Source: Myxococcota bacterium
GTDB taxonomy: Bacteria > Myxococcota_A > UBA9160
Length of the DNA stretch: 64,000 nucleotides
Assembly (NCBI GenBank): GCA_035489755.1
Contig: DATGZK010000022.1
Location: forward strand, 29,395-93,394
Reading direction: 5' to 3'
Shown: positions 44,353-53,898 of the stretch, piece after piece
Layout: each line of letters starts with the position of its first letter
How positions within the stretch are numbered: the first letter of the stretch is position 1
Translations under genes and position numbers: made by a program
Notes under the pieces: generated by a model
What the model was told of the DNA's origin: nothing
The model's database searches: none
Seen by the model: only the letters and a program-made list of their open reading frames with translations

Positions 44353-44378
44353 CGGAACCCACCAGTCCGGTTCGCGCG

Positions 44379-45608
44379 GTGGTCTTGTCCGGCGGCGGAG
44401 CACGAGGCGCCTACGAAGCCGGGGTGCTGCGCTTCATCCTCGATGAGCTGCCCAAGCGCCTCGGCCACCCTGTTCGTTTCGACCTCGTCTCCGGAACGTC
44501 CGTAGGGGCGATCCACGCCTGCTATCTCGCGGCCTCCGCCCACCAGACGGAGGGTCGTGGCGAGCGCCTCGCCGAAATCTGGACGAGCTTCAAACTCGAG
44601 GAGGTTCTCCCCCTCTCGAGTACCGACCTCTTGCGGCTCCCGGGCCGGCTCCTCGGCTTGCGACTTCGCTCGAGCGATCTCAAGACGGGTCCTCTTCCCG
44701 ACCGTCTCTACGGCCTCCTCGACACCACGCGCCTCGGCGAGATCGTGCAGCGCTCGATCGCCTGGCGCTCGATCCACCGAAACGTCGACGAGGGCAGGAT
44801 CCGCGCGGTCTGCGTCGCGGCGACGCAGGTGGTGACCGGCCATACGATGGTGTTCGTTGAGAGCCGCGCCCGGACCATCACGCGCTGGACGCGGGAGCCC
44901 GGGGTCCTGCCCCGCCCCGCGCGCCTCGCGGCCCCTCACGCGCTTGCCTCCGCTGCGATCCCGATCCTCTTCCCTGCGGTCCGGATCGGAAGCACCTACT
45001 ACGCCGACGGGGGACTGCGCCTCAACACGCCGCTCATGCCCGTGGTCTACCTCGGCGCGGACCGTGTCCTCGTGATCGGGCTTTCGCGCAAGGGCAATGA
45101 GGCAGACGACGCGGCTCGCGCGGAGCGCCGCATCGAAGCCTACGGCAACCCGATCTTCATGTTCGGCAAGGTGCTGAACGCGCTCCTGCTCGACCATGTC
45201 GATACCGACCTCGCCCGCATGCGCCTCGTGAATGATATTCTGCGCAGCGGCCAGACCGCCTTTGGACCGGAGTTCTTGGAGCGTCTCAATGCCGCGTCGG
45301 AGGTGCAGCGCGGGCAACGCTTCCGGCGGATCGAGGACCTCGTGATTCGCCCCTCCGTGGGGCTCGGCGCGCTCGCGGGTCAAGTCCTCGAGAACAAGCG
45401 CGGCGAGAAGTCGGTGGCGCCTCTTTTGCGGCTTTCGCTGCGCCTGCTCGGCTCGGGAGGCCCGGCCTCCGAGGCGGACCTGCTCTCGTATCTGCTGTTT
45501 GACCGGGCCTACGCCGCGCCCGCCGCCGAACTCGGTTTTGCCGACGCGCGTGCCCGCGAGGAGCAGCTGCTTCGGTTCTTCTCCGATGCTCCCATGGAGC
45601 CGAGCTGA
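44379..45608 (+). CDS. patatin-like phospholipase
   Basis: GGGARG oxyanion motif, GTSVG nucleophile elbow, ADGG catalytic Asp motif. Confidence 0.88.
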   Translation: MVLSGGGARGAYEAGVLRFILDELPKRLGHPVRFDLVSGTSVGAIHACYLAASAHQTEGRGERLAEIWTSFKLEEVLPLSSTDLLRLPGRLLGLRLRSSDLKTGPLPDRLYGLLDTTRLGEIVQRSIAWRSIHRNVDEGRIRAVCVAATQVVTGHTMVFVESRARTITRWTREPGVLPRPARLAAPHALASAAIPILFPAVRIGSTYYADGGLRLNTPLMPVVYLGADRVLVIGLSRKGNEADDAARAERRIEAYGNPIFMFGKVLNALLLDHVDTDLARMRLVNDILRSGQTAFGPEFLERLNAASEVQRGQRFRRIEDLVIRPSVGLGALAGQVLENKRGEKSVAPLLRLSLRLLGSGGPASEADLLSYLLFDRAYAAPAAELGFADARAREEQLLRFFSDAPMEPS

Positions 45609-45609
45609 G

Positions 45610-46626
45610 GTGCGAGGCGATCAGCTCTCCCGGCAGTGGCTCCTGATCCAGCGCCTCGCGCGCAGCCGCGCGGGAGTCGGGCTCGACGAGCTCGCGCAAG
45701 AGCTCGACTGCGTCCGCCGCACTGTGTATCGCGACCTCGACGCGCTCCAGTACGCGGGCTTCCCCGTCCTCAGCGAAAAGCGCGAGGGTCGGGTCTACTA
45801 CCGCTTCCTCGATTCGTTCCGTCTGGGCGACGTGCCGTTCACCTCCGACGAGATCCTCGCCCTCGCCTTTGGCGAAGATCTCCTGCGCACGCTCGAAGGG
45901 ACGGTCTTCCACGATTCGATCCATTCGGCTCTGGCAAAGATCCGCGCGGTCCTCTCGCCGGACCTCGCCGCCTACCTTGCGAAGCTCGGCCAGTCCTTCC
46001 GCGTGCTTCCGGGCCCGCACAAGAGCTATGCGCGGTACCGCGACACAATCCGGGTGCTGAATGACGCGGTGCTCTCGCGCTGCACGCTGGCGATGCGCTA
46101 CCGCACCGGCCGCACCGGCAACGTCGCCACCCGCGAGCTCGATCCCTACCGGGTCTGGTATCGCGGGGGTGCCCTCTACGTGGTCGGGCACGACCACCGC
46201 TCGGGCGAGATCCGCACCTTCGCCGTCGACCGCATCCAGAGCCTGCGCGCGACGAGCCGCGTGTTTGCAGTCCCCGCGAACTTCGACTTTGATGCCTACA
46301 TCGGGTCTTCGTTCGGCGTCATCGCAGAGCCGCCGCTCAAGGTCCGGATCCGCTTCGACGCGCGCTGGGCAACGTACGTGGAAGAGCGCACCTGGCACCC
46401 GAGCCAGAAGCTGGCTCCCCTGCCCCACGGCGGACTTCTCTTGCAGATGGAGGCGGGCGGCACCGCGGAGCTGCGCAGCTGGGTGCTGTCGTTCGGCTCG
46501 GGGGCCGAAGTGCTCGAGCCGGCCGAGCTGCGGACAGAGGTCGAACGCGAGCTCGCGGCCTCCCTCGCGCGTTACCGCACCGCCGCCCCGGCCGCGCGCC
46601 CTTTGCGGCGCGGCGGAGGAACCTAG
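45610..46626 (+). CDS. WYL-domain transcriptional regulator (HTH-WYL-WCX, YafY-like)
   Basis: N-terminal HTH LDELAQELDCVRRTVYRDLDAL. WYL-type core LDPYRVWYRGGALYVVGHDHRSGEIRTFAVDRI. GTG at 45610, 1 nt after the patatin stop. Confidence 0.8.
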   Translation: MRGDQLSRQWLLIQRLARSRAGVGLDELAQELDCVRRTVYRDLDALQYAGFPVLSEKREGRVYYRFLDSFRLGDVPFTSDEILALAFGEDLLRTLEGTVFHDSIHSALAKIRAVLSPDLAAYLAKLGQSFRVLPGPHKSYARYRDTIRVLNDAVLSRCTLAMRYRTGRTGNVATRELDPYRVWYRGGALYVVGHDHRSGEIRTFAVDRIQSLRATSRVFAVPANFDFDAYIGSSFGVIAEPPLKVRIRFDARWATYVEERTWHPSQKLAPLPHGGLLLQMEAGGTAELRSWVLSFGSGAEVLEPAELRTEVERELAASLARYRTAAPAARPLRRGGGT

Positions 46627-47696
46627 TTCGCGACCAGCTCGAGGCCCTTTGCGGCCTCCCCCCGGCCGCTCACCATCATCCCGAGCTTGCGGTACTGGCT
46701 CTCCGTGCGCTCGGTGAGAAGGCCAAGGCGCACGAGGTTCGGGATCACCGTGTGCATGTAGGCCAGGCTGTTGAACTCCGCGAAGTTCGGCATCGCGATC
46801 GCCATCTGCACCACGCTCTCGGGATCGATGCCGTACTTGGGGCCCAGAATCTGCAGCATGTCCAGCTGCTGGTTCGCGTTCAGGGCCTCGAGGATGCCAA
46901 ACGCCCAGTCTTCCATCTCGGCGAGCTGCTCTTTCTCCGCCTGGCGCACGACGCGACGCATGGAGAGCACGCCGAACGCGGCGTGGCGCGACTCGTCCTG
47001 TTCCACACGGCGGAGCATCTCGGTCAGCAGCGCATTGCGCGAGTCGGTGCGCATGAGATTCATGATCCCGACCGCCATGCCCTCAAACAGCGTCTGCATG
47101 CCGAGGGTCTTCTTGTCCGGGGTCTCGGCTTCGAGCAGACGATCGAGCAGGATCTTCAGCGTGGGATTGATCGGGTAGATCATTCCCACCTTGCGCTGCA
47201 GGAACTTGGAGATCACCTCGATGTGCCGCGCCTCGTCCGCGACTTGGCTCGCGGCGTACCATTTCTCGTCCATCTTCGGGCACGCGTTGGTCAGCTGGCC
47301 ACACAGCTGAAGCGCGGCTTGCTCGCCATGCAGGAGCTGCGAGAGCGTGTGGGCGAGCTCATCGAAGGCCGCGGCCTTCTGCGTCGCCTCGTCCTTCCCC
47401 ATGAGCTTGCAGATCTGCGCCATCATCGACGCTTCGGGACTCATCACCCACGCGTCGTTGGTGACGGGGATCGACCAGTCGAGGTCCGTCTCGGCGTTCC
47501 ACTGATTGACTTTCCCCTTGTCGTAGAGCTGGCGCAGCTCAGCGACCTCGCTCCCGTAGTTCCACTGCCAGTTCAAGGTGAGAGGGACTGCGACGTTGAT
47601 CTGATCGCGCAAACGCTTGATCTCCGTCTCGTCCACGAACTCGATCACCTCGAACTCGCCGAACCGCTTGCGATGCTCCTGCATCAGCTTTTCCAT
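46623..47696 (-). CDS. ferritin-like diiron-carboxylate oxygenase family protein
   Basis: Four-helix ligand pattern E(QAAL), DEARH, FEGMA, QDESRH. GC visibly lower than the window average. Confidence 0.7.
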   Translation of the reverse strand: MEKLMQEHRKRFGEFEVIEFVDETEIKRLRDQINVAVPLTLNWQWNYGSEVAELRQLYDKGKVNQWNAETDLDWSIPVTNDAWVMSPEASMMAQICKLMGKDEATQKAAAFDELAHTLSQLLHGEQAALQLCGQLTNACPKMDEKWYAASQVADEARHIEVISKFLQRKVGMIYPINPTLKILLDRLLEAETPDKKTLGMQTLFEGMAVGIMNLMRTDSRNALLTEMLRRVEQDESRHAAFGVLSMRRVVRQAEKEQLAEMEDWAFGILEALNANQQLDMLQILGPKYGIDPESVVQMAIAMPNFAEFNSLAYMHTVIPNLVRLGLLTERTESQYRKLGMMVSGRGEAAKGLELVAN

Positions 47697-47721
47697 ACGG
47701 AACCTCCTCGCGGGCGCGGCG

Positions 47722-48423
47722 CTAGGCCGTGAGCCCGTGGTAAAGAATCGCCCTTAGCTCTTCCTTGCGTCGGCGCACTGCCTCGGCCGAGAAGAGTGAG
47801 CCGCCAATCAAACCTTCGCCGAACTCCCCCGATGCGAAGTGGTAGACGGTGGCGCCGATCAGCGTCTGCATCATGTGAGGGATGGAGACCCGCCGGAACG
47901 CGCCCTGTTCGATGCCCTCGTGCAAGAGCGCTTCGATCCCGCCAATGAGACTCGCGAGGCGTCGCTCGACGGTGTCGTTTTCCGGGCCCAGATCCGCAGG
48001 GAAGGCGTCGTCCTCGAAAAGGCCCCGCAGCAGGAGGCGCGCCGTCGTCGGGTGCTCGGCCAGCGCATCCACCAGGGCATCGAGCGCGAGCATGAGCCGC
48101 TCGGCCGGACCGCCGCCTGCGGCGAGCGCGGGTCGCAGCTGCTCGTCGATGCGGCCGAGGACGCGGCCGAGCACCTCGAGATAGAGCTGGACCTTGCTCC
48201 GGAAGTGATGGAAGAGGGAGGACTTGCCAAGCCCGACGGCGAGGGCGACCTCGCGCAGGCCAACGCCCGCAAAGCCGCGCCGCGCAAAAAGGGCCTCCGC
48301 GACGTCGAGGATCTTCTCACGCGAACCCGGCGCTTCGAGCGCCTCCTGTGCGCCCGCTGCGCCGCCCGCTCCCTGGCTCCTGGTGTGGCTCAGCCCGGTC
48401 TCCTGGCCCACTGCCTTGCCCAT
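47722..48423 (-). CDS. TetR/AcrR-family transcriptional regulator
   Basis: HTH region ILDVAEALFARRGFAGVGLREVALAVGLGKSSLFHHF. ATG at 48423 is preceded by AAGGAG. Confidence 0.88.
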   Translation of the reverse strand: MGKAVGQETGLSHTRSQGAGGAAGAQEALEAPGSREKILDVAEALFARRGFAGVGLREVALAVGLGKSSLFHHFRSKVQLYLEVLGRVLGRIDEQLRPALAAGGGPAERLMLALDALVDALAEHPTTARLLLRGLFEDDAFPADLGPENDTVERRLASLIGGIEALLHEGIEQGAFRRVSIPHMMQTLIGATVYHFASGEFGEGLIGGSLFSAEAVRRRKEELRAILYHGLTA

Positions 48424-48480
48424 TTTCTCCTTGGCCAATTCCCTGCGCCTGCGCAATCGGCCCCCTCTTCTTGGTCGGCA

Positions 48481-48529
48481 GACCGATCGGTCGGATGGAC
48501 CTCCTTCTTGTAGTCGACCGACCGGTCGG
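48481..48529. promoter_or_regulatory. two perfect 12-bp palindromes (candidate TetR operators)
   Basis: gaccgatcggtc at 48481-48492 and ccgaccggtcgg at 48518-48529. They lie 58-106 nt upstream of the TetR start. Confidence 0.5.
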
Positions 48530-48669
48530 ACGTCAAGCTATTTCGGGGACTCTGAGGATTTACCCGTGGGGATCGATGGGTCCCTCCAAGACCGATAAGT
48601 CGGGGGAGCAGGCTTTCGTCGCGGAACCCACTCCGCTGGGGCGGGTTTAGACAGCTCAAGGAGGCGCAG

Positions 48670-50052
48670 ATGCGCGAGCCGCCGAGCCCGCAAGCCCATG
48701 CCGACGCCCGGCGTGCCCTCGACCGGCTCGCCTTTGGGCCCGCGCCGGGCCAAGTGGACAAGGTGGCCGAGCAGGGCGCTCGCGCCTGGATCGCCGAGCA
48801 GCTAGCGCGGCCCCTGCCACTCCAAGCCCTCTCTCTCGATCTTGACCTCCCCTCTTCGGAGCTCGGGGTCACCATGCAGGAAGACCCCGACGCCTTCCGT
48901 GAGCAGGCCCGCGAGATCGCCGTGGCTCTCGCCGCGGGCCGGGTCGCGAGTGCCGTCGACTCCGACCACCCGCTCTACGAGACCATGGTCGATTTCTGGG
49001 CGAATCACTTCTCCGTGTTTGTTCGCAAGGGGATGGAACCCATCTTCCTTCCCTCATACGAGCGCGACGTGCTGCGTCCCTTCGCTCTCGGACGCTTCGC
49101 AGACCTCTTGCGCGCGACGGCGCGCCATCCCGCCATGCTCTTCTATCTCGACAACTGGCGCTCGGCGGCGCCGCAGCCCGCGGAATCCGCGTTCTTCCCA
49201 TCCTTTCAGGGGCAGGCCAAGCGCCAACGACCCGAGGGGCTCAACGAGAACTACGCGCGGGAGCTTCTCGAGCTGCATACGCTCGGCGTCGATGGCGGCT
49301 ACACCCAGCATGACGTCGAGCAGGTGGCGCGCGTCTTCACAGGCTGGACGATCGATCGGCCGCGGCGTGCTCCGGCCTTCCGCTTCGCTCCGGCATGGCA
49401 CGACACAGGTCCAAAGTTCGTGCTCGGCCAGGCCATCGCGGGCGGCCAAGGGGTCGAGGAGGGCGAGGCGCTGCTCTCGCGCCTGGCTGCGCACCCTTCG
49501 ACCGCCGCGCATTTGGCACGCAAGCTCGCACGACGCTTTCTCGCCGATGATCCGCCGCGCGCCGCCGTGGAACGCACAGCGCGGCGATTTCTCTCGAGCC
49601 GGGGCGACGTCCGCGCGACGCTGCATGCGCTGCTCCTCGACGGGGACGAGCTCTTCGAGGGTCCGCCCGGAAAGGTGAAAAGCCCCTTCGAGCTCGTCGT
49701 CTCGGCACTTCGCGCGACCGGTGTCCGCCCAAAGCTCCCCCGCGCCGCACTCGCGGCGCTGATGAAGCTCGGGGATGTGCCGTACCTCGCGCCCACGCCC
49801 GCCGGCTATCCTGACACTGCGGAGCGTTGGATCGACCCCGGCGCCGCGCTCGAACGCACGCGCTTCATGTTTGCGCTGGCTTCGGGACGAAACCCCGCAC
49901 TTTCCGCGCCCTCCGATGCCGCCCTCGCCGCACCCGAGGCACTGCTCGCAACGCTTTCCGAAAGCACCCGGCGCGCCCTCGATACCGCGGGCCTCCTCCC
50001 CGCCGAGCGCCTGGGGCTGGCCCTCGCCTCGCCGGAGTTCCAGCTCCGATGA
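48670..50052 (+). CDS. DUF1800-domain protein
   Basis: FWANHFSVF and LLELHTLGVDGGYTQHDV signatures. Confidence 0.8.
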   Translation: MREPPSPQAHADARRALDRLAFGPAPGQVDKVAEQGARAWIAEQLARPLPLQALSLDLDLPSSELGVTMQEDPDAFREQAREIAVALAAGRVASAVDSDHPLYETMVDFWANHFSVFVRKGMEPIFLPSYERDVLRPFALGRFADLLRATARHPAMLFYLDNWRSAAPQPAESAFFPSFQGQAKRQRPEGLNENYARELLELHTLGVDGGYTQHDVEQVARVFTGWTIDRPRRAPAFRFAPAWHDTGPKFVLGQAIAGGQGVEEGEALLSRLAAHPSTAAHLARKLARRFLADDPPRAAVERTARRFLSSRGDVRATLHALLLDGDELFEGPPGKVKSPFELVVSALRATGVRPKLPRAALAALMKLGDVPYLAPTPAGYPDTAERWIDPGAALERTRFMFALASGRNPALSAPSDAALAAPEALLATLSESTRRALDTAGLLPAERLGLALASPEFQLR

Positions 50053-51296
50053 GGGGTCTAACCAGGCGCGCGCTGCTCCGTGGCATGGTCGCCACCGCTG
50101 CGGCGTGGCAGATCCCCCTAGTCGTGCGGCCGGCCCGCGCCGGCGCCGCGTCCGGCCCCGGTGCCAATCCGCTCCTCGTCATGGTCTTCTTGCGGGGGGG
50201 TGCCGACGGCCTTGCCCTCCTTCCTCCCCTCGGCGACGGCGCGCTCGAGCGCGCCCGCGGCCCCCTCCTTGCGAAGCCGACGCTCGAACTCGAGGGCCAC
50301 GGCGGCGGCTTCGGCCTTCATCCCGCCCTTGGCCCCTTGGCGCCGCTCGTGAAGGACGGACGCCTCGCAGCCGTACATGCCGTCGGCCTTCCCGAGGCGA
50401 TCCGCTCGCACTTCGAGGCGCAGGACGCGTGCGAGCGCGCGGGCGCGCGGGAAGGTGCGCGCACCGAGGGGTGGCTTGCGCGCGCGATTGCCGCGGCGCC
50501 CGGCGAGCCGGCAGCGTTTCGTGCGGTCGCAGCGGGGACCCAGCGCCCGCGCAGCCTCGCCGGCGATCCGCGCGCCCTGGCCTTCGAACACGTCGAAGAT
50601 CTCGTGATCCCCGCCCACTCTCCCGCAGCCCAGCGTGCGTTGGCGGAGCTCCATGCCGACCGCCCCGCGACCGATCCCGGCGCGCTTTTTGCCGCGGCCG
50701 GGCGCGAGGCCCTCGAGGCGGTGCGTACACTTGAGGCCCACAGCTCGGCCGCGCTGCCCGACGCGGACTCCTTTCCGCGCACTCCCCTTGGCCAAAGGCT
50801 CGCAACCATCGCACGACTCGCGCGCGCCGATCTTGGCCTTGTCGCGGCATCGGCCGATGCGGAGGGCTGGGACACACACGTGGGTCAGGGCGCAGAAGAC
50901 GGGCGCTTCGCACATGCCGCCCAAGACCTCGGGGCGAGCCTTGCGGCGTTGTTTCGGAACCTCGAATCCCGCGCTGCGGACCTCCTCGTCGTGGCGGTCT
51001 CCGAGTTCGGTCGCACCGTCGCCATCAACGGGAGTGGCGGGACCGATCACGGCCGCGGCGGCGCGGCGCTCCTTCTCGGCGCTCCGGTCCGCGGCGGCCG
51101 CGTGGCGGGGGCGTGGCCGGGAACGAGCCCGAACGAGCGCGAGGACGGCCGTGACCTGCGGGTGGTGAACGACGTGCGCGAGGTCCTCGCCGAAGCGGCA
51201 CGCCACCTCGGAGCGCGGGACCTTTCATCGGTCTTCCCCGGCTTCTCCCCCCGCGGCCTCGGCCTCCTGCGAGCGCCGAACTCTTCTCTGACGTAA
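50049..51296 (+). CDS. DUF1501-domain (sulfatase-fold) protein with Tat-type signal
   Basis: MRGLTRRALLRGMVATAAA twin-Arg leader, and GTDHGRGG near the C-terminus. ATG overlaps the DUF1800 stop (ATGA). Confidence 0.8.
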   Translation: MRGLTRRALLRGMVATAAAWQIPLVVRPARAGAASGPGANPLLVMVFLRGGADGLALLPPLGDGALERARGPLLAKPTLELEGHGGGFGLHPALGPLAPLVKDGRLAAVHAVGLPEAIRSHFEAQDACERAGAREGARTEGWLARAIAAAPGEPAAFRAVAAGTQRPRSLAGDPRALAFEHVEDLVIPAHSPAAQRALAELHADRPATDPGALFAAAGREALEAVRTLEAHSSAALPDADSFPRTPLGQRLATIARLARADLGLVAASADAEGWDTHVGQGAEDGRFAHAAQDLGASLAALFRNLESRAADLLVVAVSEFGRTVAINGSGGTDHGRGGAALLLGAPVRGGRVAGAWPGTSPNEREDGRDLRVVNDVREVLAEAARHLGARDLSSVFPGFSPRGLGLLRAPNSSLT

Positions 51297-51372
51297 AGTC
51301 GCCTAGGCTCGGCGTCCCCCTGCCGGCACATCCTCGGGCTCCAAGGCTGCGCTCCTCCCGCGGGAGACCCCG

Positions 51373-52464
51373 ATGCCGTCTCTTGAGCTCGCGGCACTCG
51401 CACTTTCTTTCGCACTCGGGCTTGCCCTCGGTGCCCTCGCAGCCGCCGCGTACTTCTCGGGCAGCCGCGCCGCCGCGCTGGCGCGCCTCGACGCTGCCGA
51501 GCACGCCCTCTCCAGGAGCCTAGGCGAGCCGTCCCTCGAGAGTGTCATTTCTCCCCTGGCTTCAGCGCTGCGCGATCACCAGCGTGAGCTCCGTGCCCTG
51601 GAAGAACGGCGGCTCGTCGAGGGAACGCGCACGGGCGACGCCCTGGCGCGGCTCTCTGCCGAGACCGCGCGCCTTGTGGGTGCGCTCCGACCTCCCCATG
51701 GACGCGGCCGCTGGGGCGAGCTCACGTTGCGCCGCGTGGCGGAGCTGGCCGGCATGTCCGCGCACTGCGACTTCGCCGAGCAGACGAGTTTCGAGACCGA
51801 TGAGGGAAGAGGGCGCCCCGACATGGTGGTCCGGCTCCCCGGTGGCCGAACGATTGTGGTCGATGCCAAGGCGCCCCTTGGCGACGGACTCGAGGCGCTC
51901 GAGATGGAAGCCGGCTCCCGGCGCAGCGCCGCCCTAAGCCAGCATGCCCGGCTCGTGCGCCGGCATGTGGAAGCGCTGGCGGGCCGCAGCTACGCGAATC
52001 TCGTGCCCGGGGCGCCGGCCTTCGTGGTTCTCTTCCTCCCGAGCGACGCGCTCCTCGCCGCGGCCGCCGAAGGCGACCGCAGTCTCGTGGAAAGTGCCCT
52101 TCACAGGCGCATCGTGCTCGCAACGCCGGCCACATTCTTTGCACTCTTGGCAGGTGTCGCGCAAAGCTGGAGCCAAGAGCGACTTTCGGAGGGGGCGCAG
52201 CGTATCGCGGCCCTCGGGCAGGAGCTTTCGGATCGACTTGCAGGATTCACCGAGCACCTCGGCCGGCTGGGGACCGCAGTCGCGAAGACCGTCGAGCTTT
52301 ACAATGCCGCGCTCGGATCCTTCGACGCGCGGGTTCTCCCCCACGCCAGGCGTCTGCGGGAGGCGGGCGCGCAGGGGCGCAAGGAACTCGTGGCCCTCAC
52401 GCCCGTGGAGGAGCGGCCTCGCGATCCGCGCGGCGAGGCGGCTGAGGCGATGGACCCCCCCTAA
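51373..52464 (+). CDS. rmuC: DNA recombination protein RmuC
   Basis: N-terminal TM/coiled region followed by RGRWGELTLRRVAELAGM...PDMVVRLPGGRTIVVDAKAPL. Confidence 0.85.
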   Translation: MPSLELAALALSFALGLALGALAAAAYFSGSRAAALARLDAAEHALSRSLGEPSLESVISPLASALRDHQRELRALEERRLVEGTRTGDALARLSAETARLVGALRPPHGRGRWGELTLRRVAELAGMSAHCDFAEQTSFETDEGRGRPDMVVRLPGGRTIVVDAKAPLGDGLEALEMEAGSRRSAALSQHARLVRRHVEALAGRSYANLVPGAPAFVVLFLPSDALLAAAAEGDRSLVESALHRRIVLATPATFFALLAGVAQSWSQERLSEGAQRIAALGQELSDRLAGFTEHLGRLGTAVAKTVELYNAALGSFDARVLPHARRLREAGAQGRKELVALTPVEERPRDPRGEAAEAMDPP

Positions 52465-52467
52465 GTC

Positions 52468-53898
52468 TTAGGGCTTCTCGACGCTCACCTTGCCCAGCGA
52501 CTCGAGCGCGGGGGCGAGTGTCGCTCCGGGACCCACGATCACGATCCCTGCCCGCTCGGGATGCAACCGGTCCCGCGCCGAGGTTGCCGTGTCCGCGGTT
52601 GTGACGGCGCGGATTCTCGCGCGGTAGGTGTCGAGGGCATCCTCCGGCAAGCCCTGCACATCGAGACTCACGAGCGCAGCCACGATCGCCTCGGAGGTCT
52701 CAAAGCCAAGCGCAAATCCTCCCGCAGTCTCGCTCTTGGCGTCGCGCAGCTCGGTTTCCGACGGCGGCTCTTGCTTCATGCGCTCGAGCTGCTTCAAAAC
52801 GAGATCGATCACCCGGCGCGACTCCGGGACGCGGGTAAAGGTCGATACCGCAAACGGACCCGGCGCCCGGCGAAGGGAGAATCCGGAGCCCACCGAGTAG
52901 GTGAGTCCAGCCTCGGCGCGAACGCTCTCCATGAGCCGCGATGAAAAGCCGCCGCCTCCGAGAACGTTGTTCATGAGCGTGTCGGAGAACCGCGTCGGCG
53001 TCGAGCGGGCGATGCCCTCGTGACCGAGCACGATCTGCGCCTGACCGAGGTCCGGCCGATCGATGATGACGATCTCGCGCTCGCCGGGCGTGGTGGCGGG
53101 GGGCAGCGGCGGAACTGGCGGCGCCTCACCCGCGGGCCAGTCGCCGAAAGCCTCTCGCGCCCGGGAGAAAAAATCCGCGGCGTGCACGTCGCCCGCGACG
53201 AAGAGAATGGCATTGCTTGCCACGAAGTCGCGGCGATAGAAGTCGCGGGCCGCCGCCGCGTCAAAGCCCGAGACGGCGTGGGGGGTTCCCGCAAGCGGCC
53301 GGCCGAAGCGGTGCTCGGGGTAGAGGAGCTTTGAAAAGCGGAGGCGGGCCAGCGTCGCCGGATCGTCCTTCTGGGACTCGAGGCCGGCGAGCTGTTCTTG
53401 GCGCGCGCGCTCGGCCTCCGCCTTGTCAAAGCGCGGCTTGAGCGTGACATCCCGGAGCAAGGAGAAGAGCTTCTCGAAGTCGCGCGAGAGCCCGGAGAGC
53501 GTCACGCTCATCGAGTCCCAGTCCGCGCTGACGTCGAAGCTGGCACCCATGTCATCCACGGCCTGAGCGAAGGCAAACGCGTCGCGATCGCCCGCGCCGC
53601 GCTCCATGATCTCTGCGGTGTAGGTAGCCAGCCCCGCCCGTTCGATCGGATCGCTTGCGGCCCCGCGCCGAACCGCAACTCCAAGGGCGACCCGCGGAAG
53701 GCGAAAGTCCTCGAGCACGATCACGTGGAGCCCGTTCTCGAGGGTCGTGCGGTGGAGTTTGCTGGCTTCGACGACGGGCGCATCCTGAATCGGCGGCGGC
53801 GGCAACAGCCAAGCTGGTTTCGGGGCAAAAAGGGCGCAGCCGCCGACAAGGGTGGCCGCGAGGAAAAGCCCGAGAAGCGCCCGCTTCGTGAGCTTCAA
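52468..53898 (-). CDS. M16-family peptidase-like lipoprotein, non-catalytic subunit
   Basis: Lipobox LVGGC. M16 fold, but the HxxEH position reads TYTAEIM. Confidence 0.8.
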   Translation of the reverse strand: MKLTKRALLGLFLAATLVGGCALFAPKPAWLLPPPPIQDAPVVEASKLHRTTLENGLHVIVLEDFRLPRVALGVAVRRGAASDPIERAGLATYTAEIMERGAGDRDAFAFAQAVDDMGASFDVSADWDSMSVTLSGLSRDFEKLFSLLRDVTLKPRFDKAEAERARQEQLAGLESQKDDPATLARLRFSKLLYPEHRFGRPLAGTPHAVSGFDAAAARDFYRRDFVASNAILFVAGDVHAADFFSRAREAFGDWPAGEAPPVPPLPPATTPGEREIVIIDRPDLGQAQIVLGHEGIARSTPTRFSDTLMNNVLGGGGFSSRLMESVRAEAGLTYSVGSGFSLRRAPGPFAVSTFTRVPESRRVIDLVLKQLERMKQEPPSETELRDAKSETAGGFALGFETSEAIVAALVSLDVQGLPEDALDTYRARIRAVTTADTATSARDRLHPERAGIVIVGPGATLAPALESLGKVSVEKP

